Below, piece after piece: positions 10,202 through 20,000 of a stretch of 20,000 nt of DNA. Position numbers and translations under genes: made by a program. Below the pieces are notes generated by a model, which was not told where the DNA came from, did no database searches, and saw nothing but the letters and a program-made list of their open reading frames with translations. Origin of the DNA: Welwitschia mirabilis (taxonomy: Eukaryota); NCBI GenBank assembly GCA_051453625.1, contig JBOZIK010000001.1, positions 36,850,072 through 36,870,071 of the forward strand, given 5' to 3'. The first letter of the stretch is position 1. Each line of letters begins with the position of its first letter.

Positions 10202-11212
10202 GAATTTTCCAAGGTATTTGAAGATTCTAAGAGGCTGCCACCCAAGAGGAGAGTGGAGTACATAATCAACTTATTCCTTGGTGCATAACCAATAGCTCGA
10301 TCTCCCTATCAATTCTCAGTGATAGAATTAAGGAAACTAAAACTACAAATTGAACAACTACCTTTAAAAGAAAATATCCATCCTAGTGTATCACCTTGAG
10401 GAGTTCCAATACTCTTCATGAAGAAAAAGAATGGTACCTTATGACTTTACATTAATTATAGATAGCTAAACAAGATAACCATAAAAAATAGGTATCTTTT
10501 ATCAAGAATTAATGACCTATTAGATCAACTTAAAGGAGTCGAAATCTTCTCAAAGATAAACTTAAAATCTGGATACTATCAAATTTGCATCAAAGATGAA
10601 GATATCTACAAAACTACCTTTAGAATAAGACATGGATATTATAAGTTTGTAGTGATGCCCTTCAATTTGACAAATGCTTCTGGTACTTTTATGAGCTTTA
10701 TGAATGATATTGTTTAACCTTATTTAGATAAATTTATAGTTATATTTTTAGACAATATTCTTTTATATTTCGAAAGCTGAGATGATCATGTTGCACACAT
10801 AAAGCAAATTTTACAGGTTCTAACTTGACATGATTTTAAAGCCAAGTTGAGAAAATGTGACTTCTTCTAGATAGAAATCAGTTACCTAGGACACATTATT
10901 TTTAGTAAATGAATCGCCACTAATCTAGCCAAAGTACAGGCTATAAGGGAATGGTTAGAATTAAAGGTTGTCACACAAGTTTTAAGCTCTTTAAGGTTTA
11001 CTAGCTTTTACTAAAAATTCATCCCATGATTCTCCAACTTGTAGCACCACTAATAGATTTAACTAGATCAACATCTGCATTTAACTTTAATGATAAATGC
11101 AAGGAGGCATTTCTTAAGCTAAATTTATAACTTACAATAGCACTTATTCTCAAAATTATAGACATCAATAAATCATTCATAGTTGTCACTGATGCTTCTA
11201 CTCAAGGTATAA
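10202..11212 (+). pseudogene. pol: Reverse transcriptase, connection region and start of RNase H
   Basis: One frame from 10202 to about 11040: [72 protein letters not shown] (10745-10756, a decayed YxDD), YLGHII. After a frameshift near 11040 it reads FIVVTDASTQGI up to the insertion point. Confidence 0.97.
11208..11212. repeat. Left 5-bp TSD TATAA of the nested insertion
   Basis: Directly before the TG at 11213. Confidence 0.9.
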
Positions 11213-11600
11213 TGTCACATCCCAAATTTTTAATGAAGTTTTAAATGTCTTAATTAATAAGTTAAAAGAGAATATGAAATTTTATAAGGCTAATAATTAT
11301 GTTAATTCCTAGATGTTTTCCTTTATAGCTAATAGTCTCATGATAATTATTTTATACTTTGGCTTTATTTAATTAATTTCTCATCTTATCAATACTAATG
11401 AGTTGTGAATTTGAAATGGAAATTATTTTGAATAGAGATGCTTAATGTCTAGAGTAATTATTTTTAAATGTTAAAGAAATTTTTATAATGTTTTTGAAAT
11501 GTTTTATTATTGTTGCTAATGTCTCATTTAATATTTGTTAATTATGATAAGCATAATTGTTATTTATTATTTACCTAGTGACCTGGTAAGGTAATGTAAT

Positions 11601-11747
11601 CTCCATCACTTCATCATCACCTTCACTACCTTCAACACTTACACCACACCACTTCCACCACCTTTATCACTTTTATCATACCACTTTCAACAACTCCACC
11701 ACTTTTACCACACCACTTCCACCATCTCTACCACTTTCACCACTCTC
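11601..11747 (+). repeat. Degenerate CCACTTCCA/CAC-rich minisatellite-like tract upstream of the LTR TATA box
   Basis: G-free run of CACCACTT/CCACCA words, e.g. CCACACCACTTCCACCA at about 11644 and about 11708. Confidence 0.8.
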
Positions 11748-11782
11748 TTAAGTAATGCCTCTTCATATCCTATACTTTCTAC

Positions 11783-11790
11783 TATAAATA
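11783..11790 (+). promoter_or_regulatory. TATA box of the nested LTR
   Basis: CTATAAATAG followed by a pyrimidine-rich tract, about 570 bp inside the TG end. Confidence 0.65.
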
Positions 11791-13934
11791 GAATCTTCCT
11801 CTTTTCATATTTCTTATACTATTAAATCTTTTGATCTTAATCTTAGAGCTTAGAAAAGCCTTGAAGCCTTGTAATCTTCACGAGATCTTAACTTTTGTCT
11901 TGAAATTAGTATGGTTATGGTCTTTCATCTTATTTCTGGTATGGTATATCATTTTATTTCTTGTATGCTTTATGGACTACCATCTATTTCTTATATGATC
12001 CAATTAATGGCTGTGAATTCAATTTTATACTTTGAACTCATGAACAAATTATGCAACTTCAAGGGCTAGGCCACCTAAAGCACTCCCATTAGCCATGGAA
12101 GTGAGCTGTTAGAGTGATCAGTGTGATTTTTGTAACTCATCTAGTTGTGCGTGACATGATGTTTTATGACTTCAGGGGGTTATCCCACTTGAAGGGTTCT
12201 TATTAGCCATAGGAATAAAGTTTTAGACAAATGGGTATTTTTAACATCCTTCTGATAGAGCATTTTATTCACTATATATTCTTGGATTATTGAGATTTGT
12301 ATATGTGTATTCACATTATTGTATCTTGTATGAAGCTTTAGTTACATACGATTATCTTGAGGATCCCATCATGAGCTTGGAAAACCTCTTTATCTAAAAC
12401 CTTATCATGAATCATACTAGGAACTATTAAGGTTTCAGCTTTCACACCATGCTTGCATGTATAGGATCCATCACAAGGATGGCCTTTGAATAAGCCAGCT
12501 GTTGAAGTTCGGATTGAATGTTGTATTCATATTTGTTGCTTAAAATCATGCATGTAGTTGAAGAACCATTGATGTCTTAAAAATTTGGATTATTTATGAT
12601 AATTATACTTATATTTGTTAAGGAAGAGTTCCAAAATTTTGTATATAACTTTGTAATTATTATTTCCTTTTTGAAGATTTCAAATGTTTAGTTCTTTGTT
12701 ATGTAAGAGTTATGTTTATAAGCTATGGTTTTTTTTTGTGCCTTAAAAATTAGCTTTAGATTGTATATTGTTAATAAATAATTTCTTAATATTTATTAGT
12801 ATAAATGGTTAAATATTTATTCGGCATCTAAGTATATGTTCTAATAGTGATATTTCATTCTTGGAATTTATTTATTACATATATTACAATATACATCTTA
12901 AGAAGAACTTAGACATAACAAGCAAGAGGATCTTTCATTAGGAACTTAAACTTAAACATATACAAGGAATAATTTATATAAGGCCTTAACATATATTTAT
13001 ATATGGCTCAATAATCCCTTTTTATATTAAATAATTACTAAAGGATAATTCTATAAACTCAAACTTATAACCTTTCACATATCCCACTTCTTTCTTCACT
13101 ATTATATCAACAAACATATGTTGTAAAAAAAAGTGTTATACATATATTTGAGCATGTGGCGGTTATTATTTAAAATAAATTACAATTCTTTGTGAATCAA
13201 AACTTTCTTCTTTTATAGGCCTATAACTACTCCCTCTTCCCACAACATAAAGAGCTATTCTTCTCCCTTTTATTTGCATGGAAAACGATTATTCAATCTG
13301 ATTGATTCGAATTTAATGATCACTAGAAGAAAGTAACAAAGATATAAGTATAGAGAACCCTAATTTGCTTAAACTTTTGCAACTATGTGGAGTTTAACAT
13401 TGTTTACCGACTCCCCCTTCCCCTTAATAAAATTCCCATCAGAAATGCTTGCTTAGAAAATGCTTTAATAGAATTGTCTTGGCTATTTTTTTATAGTGCA
13501 TGAGAAACACCAACAAGTAATGTTATTTAAGAAGTAAGAAAGAAATGTTGAAAACCTTTTATTATTTCTCTATTTTTAGTGGTTCATCTCCTTCACCCTC
13601 TATCCTTCTCCTTGTGTATCCTTTGCTTCCATAAATTAACCCCTCTTTTGTCTAACGCATTCAATTATTTTATTCAGATCTGGTTTCAGTTTTCTTCTTA
13701 CGATTTGGGCTCATTTACATACACAAATCCCTTTCCTATACCTACTTCTTTTTCTTTACTATCTAAATTACATTTCTCAGGGAAAATAAAAGTTCAAAAA
13801 AAGAAGTGAAGGTCTAAAAAAGGCTTCAAAATCATCCCTTAAGTAATAAAATGATTCAAGAATCATATTTCTTGAGACCATTTTCTTTTCAAATCAACAA
13901 TTAACTCTATGTGCATTAAAAATTTAAAGGCTTA

Positions 13935-14220
13935 AAATGTAACTTTGTAAAAGTCATTTTGTAAAAAAAACCTCATCCATGTCCTTTAGGGTAAAAACCT
14001 AGGTGTTTGTAGTCAAAAATGTAGTATGTTTTATCATTTTGAGATGTTTTTAATTAGCATTTTAAAGTCTTATTCTTTTTAATGCAAAAATGACTTGAAC
14101 GTAACTTGCTAATGTACTTTTCATGAATTTGATCTTAGTTCATGCCCTTTAGGATAAAAATGAAGTGTTTCCAATCAAAAACATACTCTATTTTATCAGT
14201 TTTAAATATTTTAAATCATT
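13935..14220 (+). repeat. Diverged direct repeat with a period of about 163 bp
   Basis: CATGTCCTTTAGGGTAAAAA..GTGTTT..GTCAAAAA..TTTTATCA at 13978 versus CATGCCCTTTAGGATAAAAA..GTGTTT..ATCAAAAA..TTTTATCA at 14141. Both are preceded by GTAACTT. Confidence 0.75.
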
Positions 14221-14424
14221 GTTATTATTTGATGCATGAATAATGTAAAATAGTTTAAATAAATTAAGTAATTTATTTTAATGACTAAATTAAATTGGAT
14301 CCTACATTTGATATTAGAGTAAGAATAAGCCTTTAGCTATAGATCTAGTTATATAGAGAGGATTTTATATTTTGTGTAACAAAGAAACATTGTGATTTTT
14401 GTGTACTAAAGCATGGTCATTACA

Positions 14425-14429
14425 TATAA
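14425..14429. repeat. Right 5-bp TSD TATAA of the nested insertion
   Basis: Directly after the CA at 14423-14424. Confidence 0.9.
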
Positions 14430-14680
14430 GAGGCATACTAAGCCAAGAGAATCAGGTGATTGCCTATGAATCATAGAAACTAAATCGACATAAGAAGAAA
14501 TATTCCATTCATAATCTTGAATTGCTAGCCATAGTGCATGCCCTAGAAGTTTAGAGACATTACATATTGGAAGGTGAATTTCTACTCAAAACAAACCATA
14601 AAATTACTTATATAATATGACTTCAAACTACATTACAGCTCATAAAAGGAGAGCTAAGTTACAGAATCCTTGAGTAAAAT
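14430..14680 (+). pseudogene. pol: Remainder of RNase H
   Basis: GILSQENQVIAYES*KLNRHKKKYSIHNLELLAIVHALEV*RHYILEGEFLLKTNHK, then an internal deletion, then YDFKL and KVTESLSK (compare VADALSR). Confidence 0.95.
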
Positions 14681-14869
14681 GTGGTGCATGCTAGCCATCA
14701 TTGTTATATCAGATCTATTAGTTTTCCTTAAGACATCTATAGCCAATGATTCATATTTCAGAGAGATATATTAACTAATCTGAGAAAGGAAACAAGTAGA
14801 TATCTACATGCTCTCATGAGATGAATATCTATGAAAAGAACAATGTTTTTGCATTTCACAAGGCCCATG

Positions 14870-15930
14870 GAAAAGGAATTTAATATCTGAACTACGTGAA
14901 GTTCCATATGCAGGGCATCCTAGATTTATTAGAAACTACCACCAATTAAGAAAAATTACTTTTGTCCTAGAATGAAGGTACATTTGAAGGAATACATTCA
15001 CAATTGCCCTATATACTAGAAAGTGAAGATTGACCAATGAAAACCTACTAGACTTCTTCAACCATTAGGGTTACCACAATGGAAATGGGAAAAAATCTCT
15101 ATGGATTTCCTTACTGACTATTTCTTACTAATAGACAATATGATGTGATTTTTGTTTATGTAGACATATTGACCAAGATGGTCCATTTCATTATAGTATG
15201 AAGCTATAACACAACCAAATAATTGACCCTATGATTTATGAAGGAAATCTTCAAGTTACATGATTCACCTTAAGTCATTGTATCCAATTGAGATCTAGAG
15301 TTTTTATTAAAGTTCTAGCAAAGTTTCTTCCATCACTTGAGTGATAAATTTAGTTTTAATACCACACATCACTCAAAAATGGATGCTCAGACAAAAGAGT
15401 GAATTACATTCTAGAAGATACTTTATAGTGTTATGTGATTAGAAAACCCAAATAATGAGAAAACTACCTATATTAGCCATGTTTGCTTATAATTAAACTT
15501 TCTAAATCTAAATCTGATGCTTGCCATTTGAAGCAATGTATGACAGGAAGTGCTCCACCCCTATCACATGGTTTAATCCTACACAGATATTAGAAAAAGG
15601 CTACATCCTTTGAATTAAAAATTATGGAAGAAGTGATTACCAAGATGAAAAAAAACAATTGCAAGCCACTCAAGATTAATATAAGAAATATGATGAACAA
15701 AAACATTAGATTTACATATTCCAAGTTATTGAACAAGCATTACTAAAAATCAAGCTAGAAAGGAACTTCTTGAACATAGGGAAGTACAGCAAGCTAGCCA
15801 CTAAAAATTGTGGTCCATTCAAGAGCATTGAAAGAATAGGGGACCTAGCCTATAAAATAGAACTTCCTTTGCAAATGTCTTGAATTCATCCAGTTTTTCA
15901 TGTGAGCATGTTAAAACCTTACTTTAAAGA
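14870..15930 (+). pseudogene. pol: Integrase relic (HHCC zinc region, DDE core, GPY/F module)
   Basis: PYAGHP (His codon 14916-14918), LLQPLGLPQWKWEKISMDF (Asp codon 15104-15106), VDILTKMVHFI, IVSN*D, DAQT, FAYN, PFEAMYDRKCSTPITW, CGPF (15809-15820), AYKIELP, IHPVFHVSMLKPY. Confidence 0.96.
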
Positions 15931-15994
15931 TAAGAGCCAGAACTACAACATGAACTGGTAGCGTCTTATGCTTAGACCCAGCCTCACCTTTACT

Positions 15995-16143
15995 ATTTAA
16001 CTCAAAAAAGTCTTGTATATTATAACTAAGCAAGTAAGGAATAAAAATATAAATAAAGCACCTATCCAATGGATCCATTGTAATTAACAAACTTGGAAGA
16101 ATAGCAAGTACATGTAGGAGACTTTTTCCAAACTTTTTAATAA
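15995..16143 (+). pseudogene. Integrase C-terminal chromodomain relic
   Basis: KKVLYIITKQVRNKNINKAPIQW...TWKNSKYM*ETFSKLF resembles the plant chromovirus pattern IL...RxLRNK.I..V.VQW....ATWE....M...FP.LF. Confidence 0.7.
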
Positions 16144-19100
16144 AAGATGATATGTTATTTTTCCATTCTAATGTATCTCTTAATGTACAATATTTTTCAT
16201 TCCCTTATGTTTCGTAGATAATATAGAAAATAATCTAGAGGCACATGCCTTCATAAACGGCATAAGAAGAGTAGAAACTACACTCGAGAATAAGCGTAAC
16301 TAATGAGTTGTTATGAATGGGTTGACCCAAAGATGTAAAACTATGTCCTTTCATTTATGCTATAAAATCCTATAACATTATGTAGGGGTGGATAGATTAG
16401 GTGGATGTAATTAACAATAACCTTGGATGATCCGCAGGGGTCCCTAGAGGGGGGCTCAGGTTGTGATCCATGTCTTTACCTTTGCCCACTCATCTAAGGA
16501 TATTGGCTAAATGATAAGGAATGTAATTCCCTACTTCTAATAATAAAATCCACATTCTACTAAATTATTCCCTTTTATTCTTATTGATCCTGGTATATTA
16601 TCTATATGTTCCTTTTTATGTAAAATAATCTGAAAATAGTAAAATGGAACATTACAATGTTCTCATGATTTCACCGTGATTCCTAAGTAAATGATGATAA
16701 ATTTATATTTTATTGTTTTTAATATAGTAGTTTGATTTATAAATGTGTTATTTATATTTCGCTAGAATCAAAATTATCTATTTTTGTATGGATTCTTCTC
16801 TCTTTTTTCTCCTCTTCATAAAATCAAAGTAGAATAATAAATTTTAATGCTTATCTAGATAATAACTAATTTTTTATAACTCTAATGATTCTAAAAGCTT
16901 ATTAATAGTTTTATTTTATGATTTAACAACTCTTATCATCAATTAGTTAAAATTCAAATTCAGCCTCTAAAACTCCCTTTTTAGCCATTTATAACCAAAG
17001 TTGTTGTTTTATTAAAGAACTTTCTAAATATAAAATCCTATCTTGTAGTAGTTTATGATTAATTTTACAATATGCAATTTAGTTTTTCTTAAGCTTTATA
17101 GTTTTCCTAATATTCTATGTTAAAGTAGGATTGACTATAATCTTTGTAGTTTTTTATAGAGAAGCTATTTCTATTGGTTTCAATTGATTTTACTTGATCT
17201 TAAATGTTTAGTTCTAGAAACTTGTTTTAAGACATAGTTTGAGTATTTTAAAGGTTTTAAGAATTTTTAGATCTTTTGTTCTAAATTTTATCTCTCCTTT
17301 TCTCTTTTTCTTTATTTAATCTCTTTCTATTAGTTAAAATAGCTTGAAACTAACTAAGTATTACATTAATTTAATAAACATTTATATGTTGGTTTTAATT
17401 AATTACTTGTTAATTTAAAACATAATTTAAATTTTTAATTTCTTTAATAACTCATTTCATGATAAATAAATAGTTATCTTTCAAGTTAATATCGAAATTT
17501 AGTGGAAATCTTGTTTAAGTCAAGTAGTTTACTATGACAATTTAAAGAATCTTACTTTCAAAGTGCTACATTTAGATTTTAAATTTGTGTACATTTTTAT
17601 TAATGGAATGAAACATTTAAATTACTTAAGTACATCCATATTATATAATTTCAAGTAATGAATATTTCACAAAAAAATTGTTTTTATATGAAAATGACTT
17701 TGGTAGATTTATCTACTTAAACTTTCTTACATGTTTATATGAGTTATAAATAATTTTAGAATCATAGTGCATTTTTGTAAAAGATTATTTATTTCTATTT
17801 TATTATAATTTTCTTTTCACATCTCATGAAATTATGCTTTTACATATGTAGTTATTCATAATAATTATAAGTTATGTGTGTTAACTACTTATATGTTACT
17901 TAAGAGAAATAGTTGTTTTATTATATAAAGTAATAGTTTGATAAGATAATATTAATATTTTCATATAAATTTATGTTAATTATTTCATTGGTTTAATATG
18001 CATTTGTTTCTACTATATATGCAATTTAAACCAAGAAATTTCTTTATGCTTTATTTTCAATTATTTTTATTTGATTTTCTTTCCCTGAGTTGAATTATTA
18101 TGTTAAGTACACATTTATTTTGCAAAGGATCATTTTAAAATTTGAGTTTTTTGTTCATTCAAAATTAGTGTCATTTCTAGGGAACACTTGGTTATTTTTA
18201 CATGAAATATTATAATTTTATTTAAGGATTTACATATACCAACTAGAAATTAATTATTTTTAGGTTCTTTTTATATTATTATTATAATAACAAGATCTTA
18301 AGCACTGTATTACTTTCAAAAAGCCTTCCAGGTGCACACATTCCAATTTTCACAACTTTTATGTACATCTCTTTTTCTTTTTAATACTATGCATTTATAG
18401 GTAAAATTTGAATTCATACTAGTAAATGCTTACCTAGTTATGAATAATCTTCATTACATATTACATGTTCACCTTTATTTTGACTTGTCTTTTAGAAAAA
18501 AATATGATAAAATCTTTAAAAAAGACAAGAGATAAAAAGGTTATTTTTATTTGTGTTGTGATCATCTTTAAAACATAAAAATATTGCTACTCATGTAGTT
18601 GCATTCAGAAGGGTTGTGAGCTTTATGGAGAAGCTAGGCTTATTTGTTTTCCAAAAATTATCAACCTAAAAAAAAAAACTTTTTGTTTTTTTCCTTGAGT
18701 TTGCTTTTTCCTTTAATAAATTGTAAACAAGCTATTCAGTTTTCACCCTAAAATCATAGTTTTCATTTAAGTTGGAAGGTATAATTAATTGTTTCCTAAG
18801 TTTTAACCCTTCATATTTATCAATATTTTATATTTAGGGCTTGATCATTTTTTATATGACAATGTATATTTTTCATGTTGAAGTTTGTATGATTCACTAT
18901 TTTTTGTAATATTGTTGAATGATATAATATGTGAGTGTATTTCATTTTATTTAGCTTGTGTTTACTTTTTTCTTTTCTTTTTTGCAAATGAATATAACTT
19001 TTACTTTACTCTATAGGTTATTTAATAATAGTAAAATATTAAAATTTTCAATGTAATTATATTTTACTTATTTTAAGGAAAAGGGCTTAAAACTTTAAAG

Positions 19101-19899
19101 AACAGTATTGGATGAAACACAAAACATGAAATACACCACATGTTTCCTCTTCCAAGTATTCTATAATATTAAAATAAAATCTCAAGTTCTAACTAATAAT
19201 AAATTATGCAAATTAGGTAGAGTTACTCCTAATAAAATAACGTAACTATTCATACTTGTTTCATGAAGAGTTGTAACTCTTTAGGTAAAATATAAGATGT
19301 ACTATGCCATATCAAATATGCATTATCTAGCTATAATTGAATTCATTTAACTTATAAATTCTATTGATAATGATAGTGATTCATATATTTCTAATTTCTA
19401 TGTATTTATATTTTTATTTTGTGTCTTATTAATATTTTCTATACTCTATCTCACTTTTGTACAAACTTTTAATTCTTTCTATCTACATCTTTCTCTTTAG
19501 ATAATATTTTTAAAATTTTCCTAATTGCTTATATGAAAAACGCTACATTTTCTTTTCAAGATTGCTATGTCTTCTTCCTCTATAAGTTTTTTGACTATAA
19601 GATGTATCCTTTCCTTTATCGTTGTCACCATACATGTGTTCTTGCCAAACATCATGTTATCTTCCTACACCATGGCTTGACCCATGGTTTATTCCTATTT
19701 ATAAAGAATATGATCATAAGTTAGTCTTCAGTGCAAGAAACGTGTTATTGAAACTCCTCTCTTAATCATTCACTTAAGAGTCATAACTCTTTAAGAATCC
19801 CATTAACTTAATCAAAGGAAGTAATCAAAAAGAGCTTTAAGAGATCTATTGTATGCATCAACAACACCTCTAGTGCATTAAACCAAGGTAGAAGAGAAA

Positions 19900-20000
19900 A
19901 TATAACCTTTTCAATAATTACCTTATTTATGGTATCCTCTCCTCAGCTTCATAATGCACTCATAATTTGATAAAATTGAGAACCCTAAAGAGTGGTTGGG
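19900..20000 (+). pseudogene. Possible start of another retrotransposon gag (runs off the window)
   Basis: 19966-19998 encodes FDKIENPKEWL, preceded in frame by LLSFIMHS*. This resembles the gag motif F.MP...(Y/F)DG..DP..WL after G>A decay. Short match only. Confidence 0.4.

Larger units (their letters stand above)
11213..14424 (+). mobile_element. Nested solo-LTR-like insertion (3212 bp) inside RNase H
   Basis: Begins TGTCACATCCC and ends GGTCATTACA (TG...CA, imperfect terminal inverted repeat of Tekay-like style). TATAA flanks both sides (11208-11212 and 14425-14429). Removing it plus one TSD copy restores DASTQGIRGILSQ in frame. TATA box at 11783-11790. Confidence 0.92.
8920..16143 (+). 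mobile_element. Decayed Ty3/gypsy chromovirus (probably Tekay/Del-related) internal gag-pol region, interrupted at 11213-14424
   Basis: Domain order gag-ZnK-PR-RT-RH-INT-chromodomain is diagnostic of gypsy chromoviruses. Many stops and frameshifts. Its own LTRs, PBS and PPT were not confidently located, so the boundaries are approximate. Confidence 0.93.

Noticed and set aside
16383..16496. hAT-type MITE with ends TAGGGGTGGA...TGCCCACTCATCTA
   Set aside because: The terminal repeats match poorly, and the flanks (ACATTATG versus AGGATATT) show no 8-bp TSD.
16550..19500. Possible host introns or micro-exons (e.g. TTCCAG|GT near 18330, TTTATAG|GT near 18400)
   Set aside because: Isolated splice-like words are expected in T-rich DNA, and I found no coherent exon frame.
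1..20000. A novel intact biological system, or a species assignment
   Set aside because: All recognisable coding sequence is pseudogenised retrotransposon material. The composition suggests a heavily methylated plant genome but does not identify the taxon.

Overview
This is an AT-rich, CpG-depleted eukaryotic window, most likely from a plant. It is made of nested, decayed LTR retrotransposons, and I found no intact host gene. From left to right: (1) a TG...CA LTR-type insertion (9-2479) with 7-bp terminal inverted repeats and a perfect 5-bp target-site duplication (TSD) GGTTT, containing three diverged copies of the same segment separated by two assembly gaps; (2) a probable Tat/Retand-like 3' remnant with an antisense Transposase_28-like relic, a minus-strand TATA box and a two-level 20-bp repeat array (about 6500-8400); (3) a pseudogenised Ty3/gypsy chromovirus polyprotein on the + strand (gag, zinc knuckle, protease, RT, RNase H, integrase, chromodomain; about 8920-16143); (4) a 3212-bp solo-LTR-like insertion (11213-14424, TSD TATAA) that splits the RNase H domain exactly; (5) an unassigned AT-rich tail ending in a possible further gag start. 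None of the supplied ORFs looks like a functional gene. The recognisable coding relics are broken by stops and frameshifts, so the ORF track misses almost all of them. I see no convincing new biological system. The best leads are the higher-order repeat next to the antisense ORF, the exact nested insertion, and the pervasive C>T/G>A decay.
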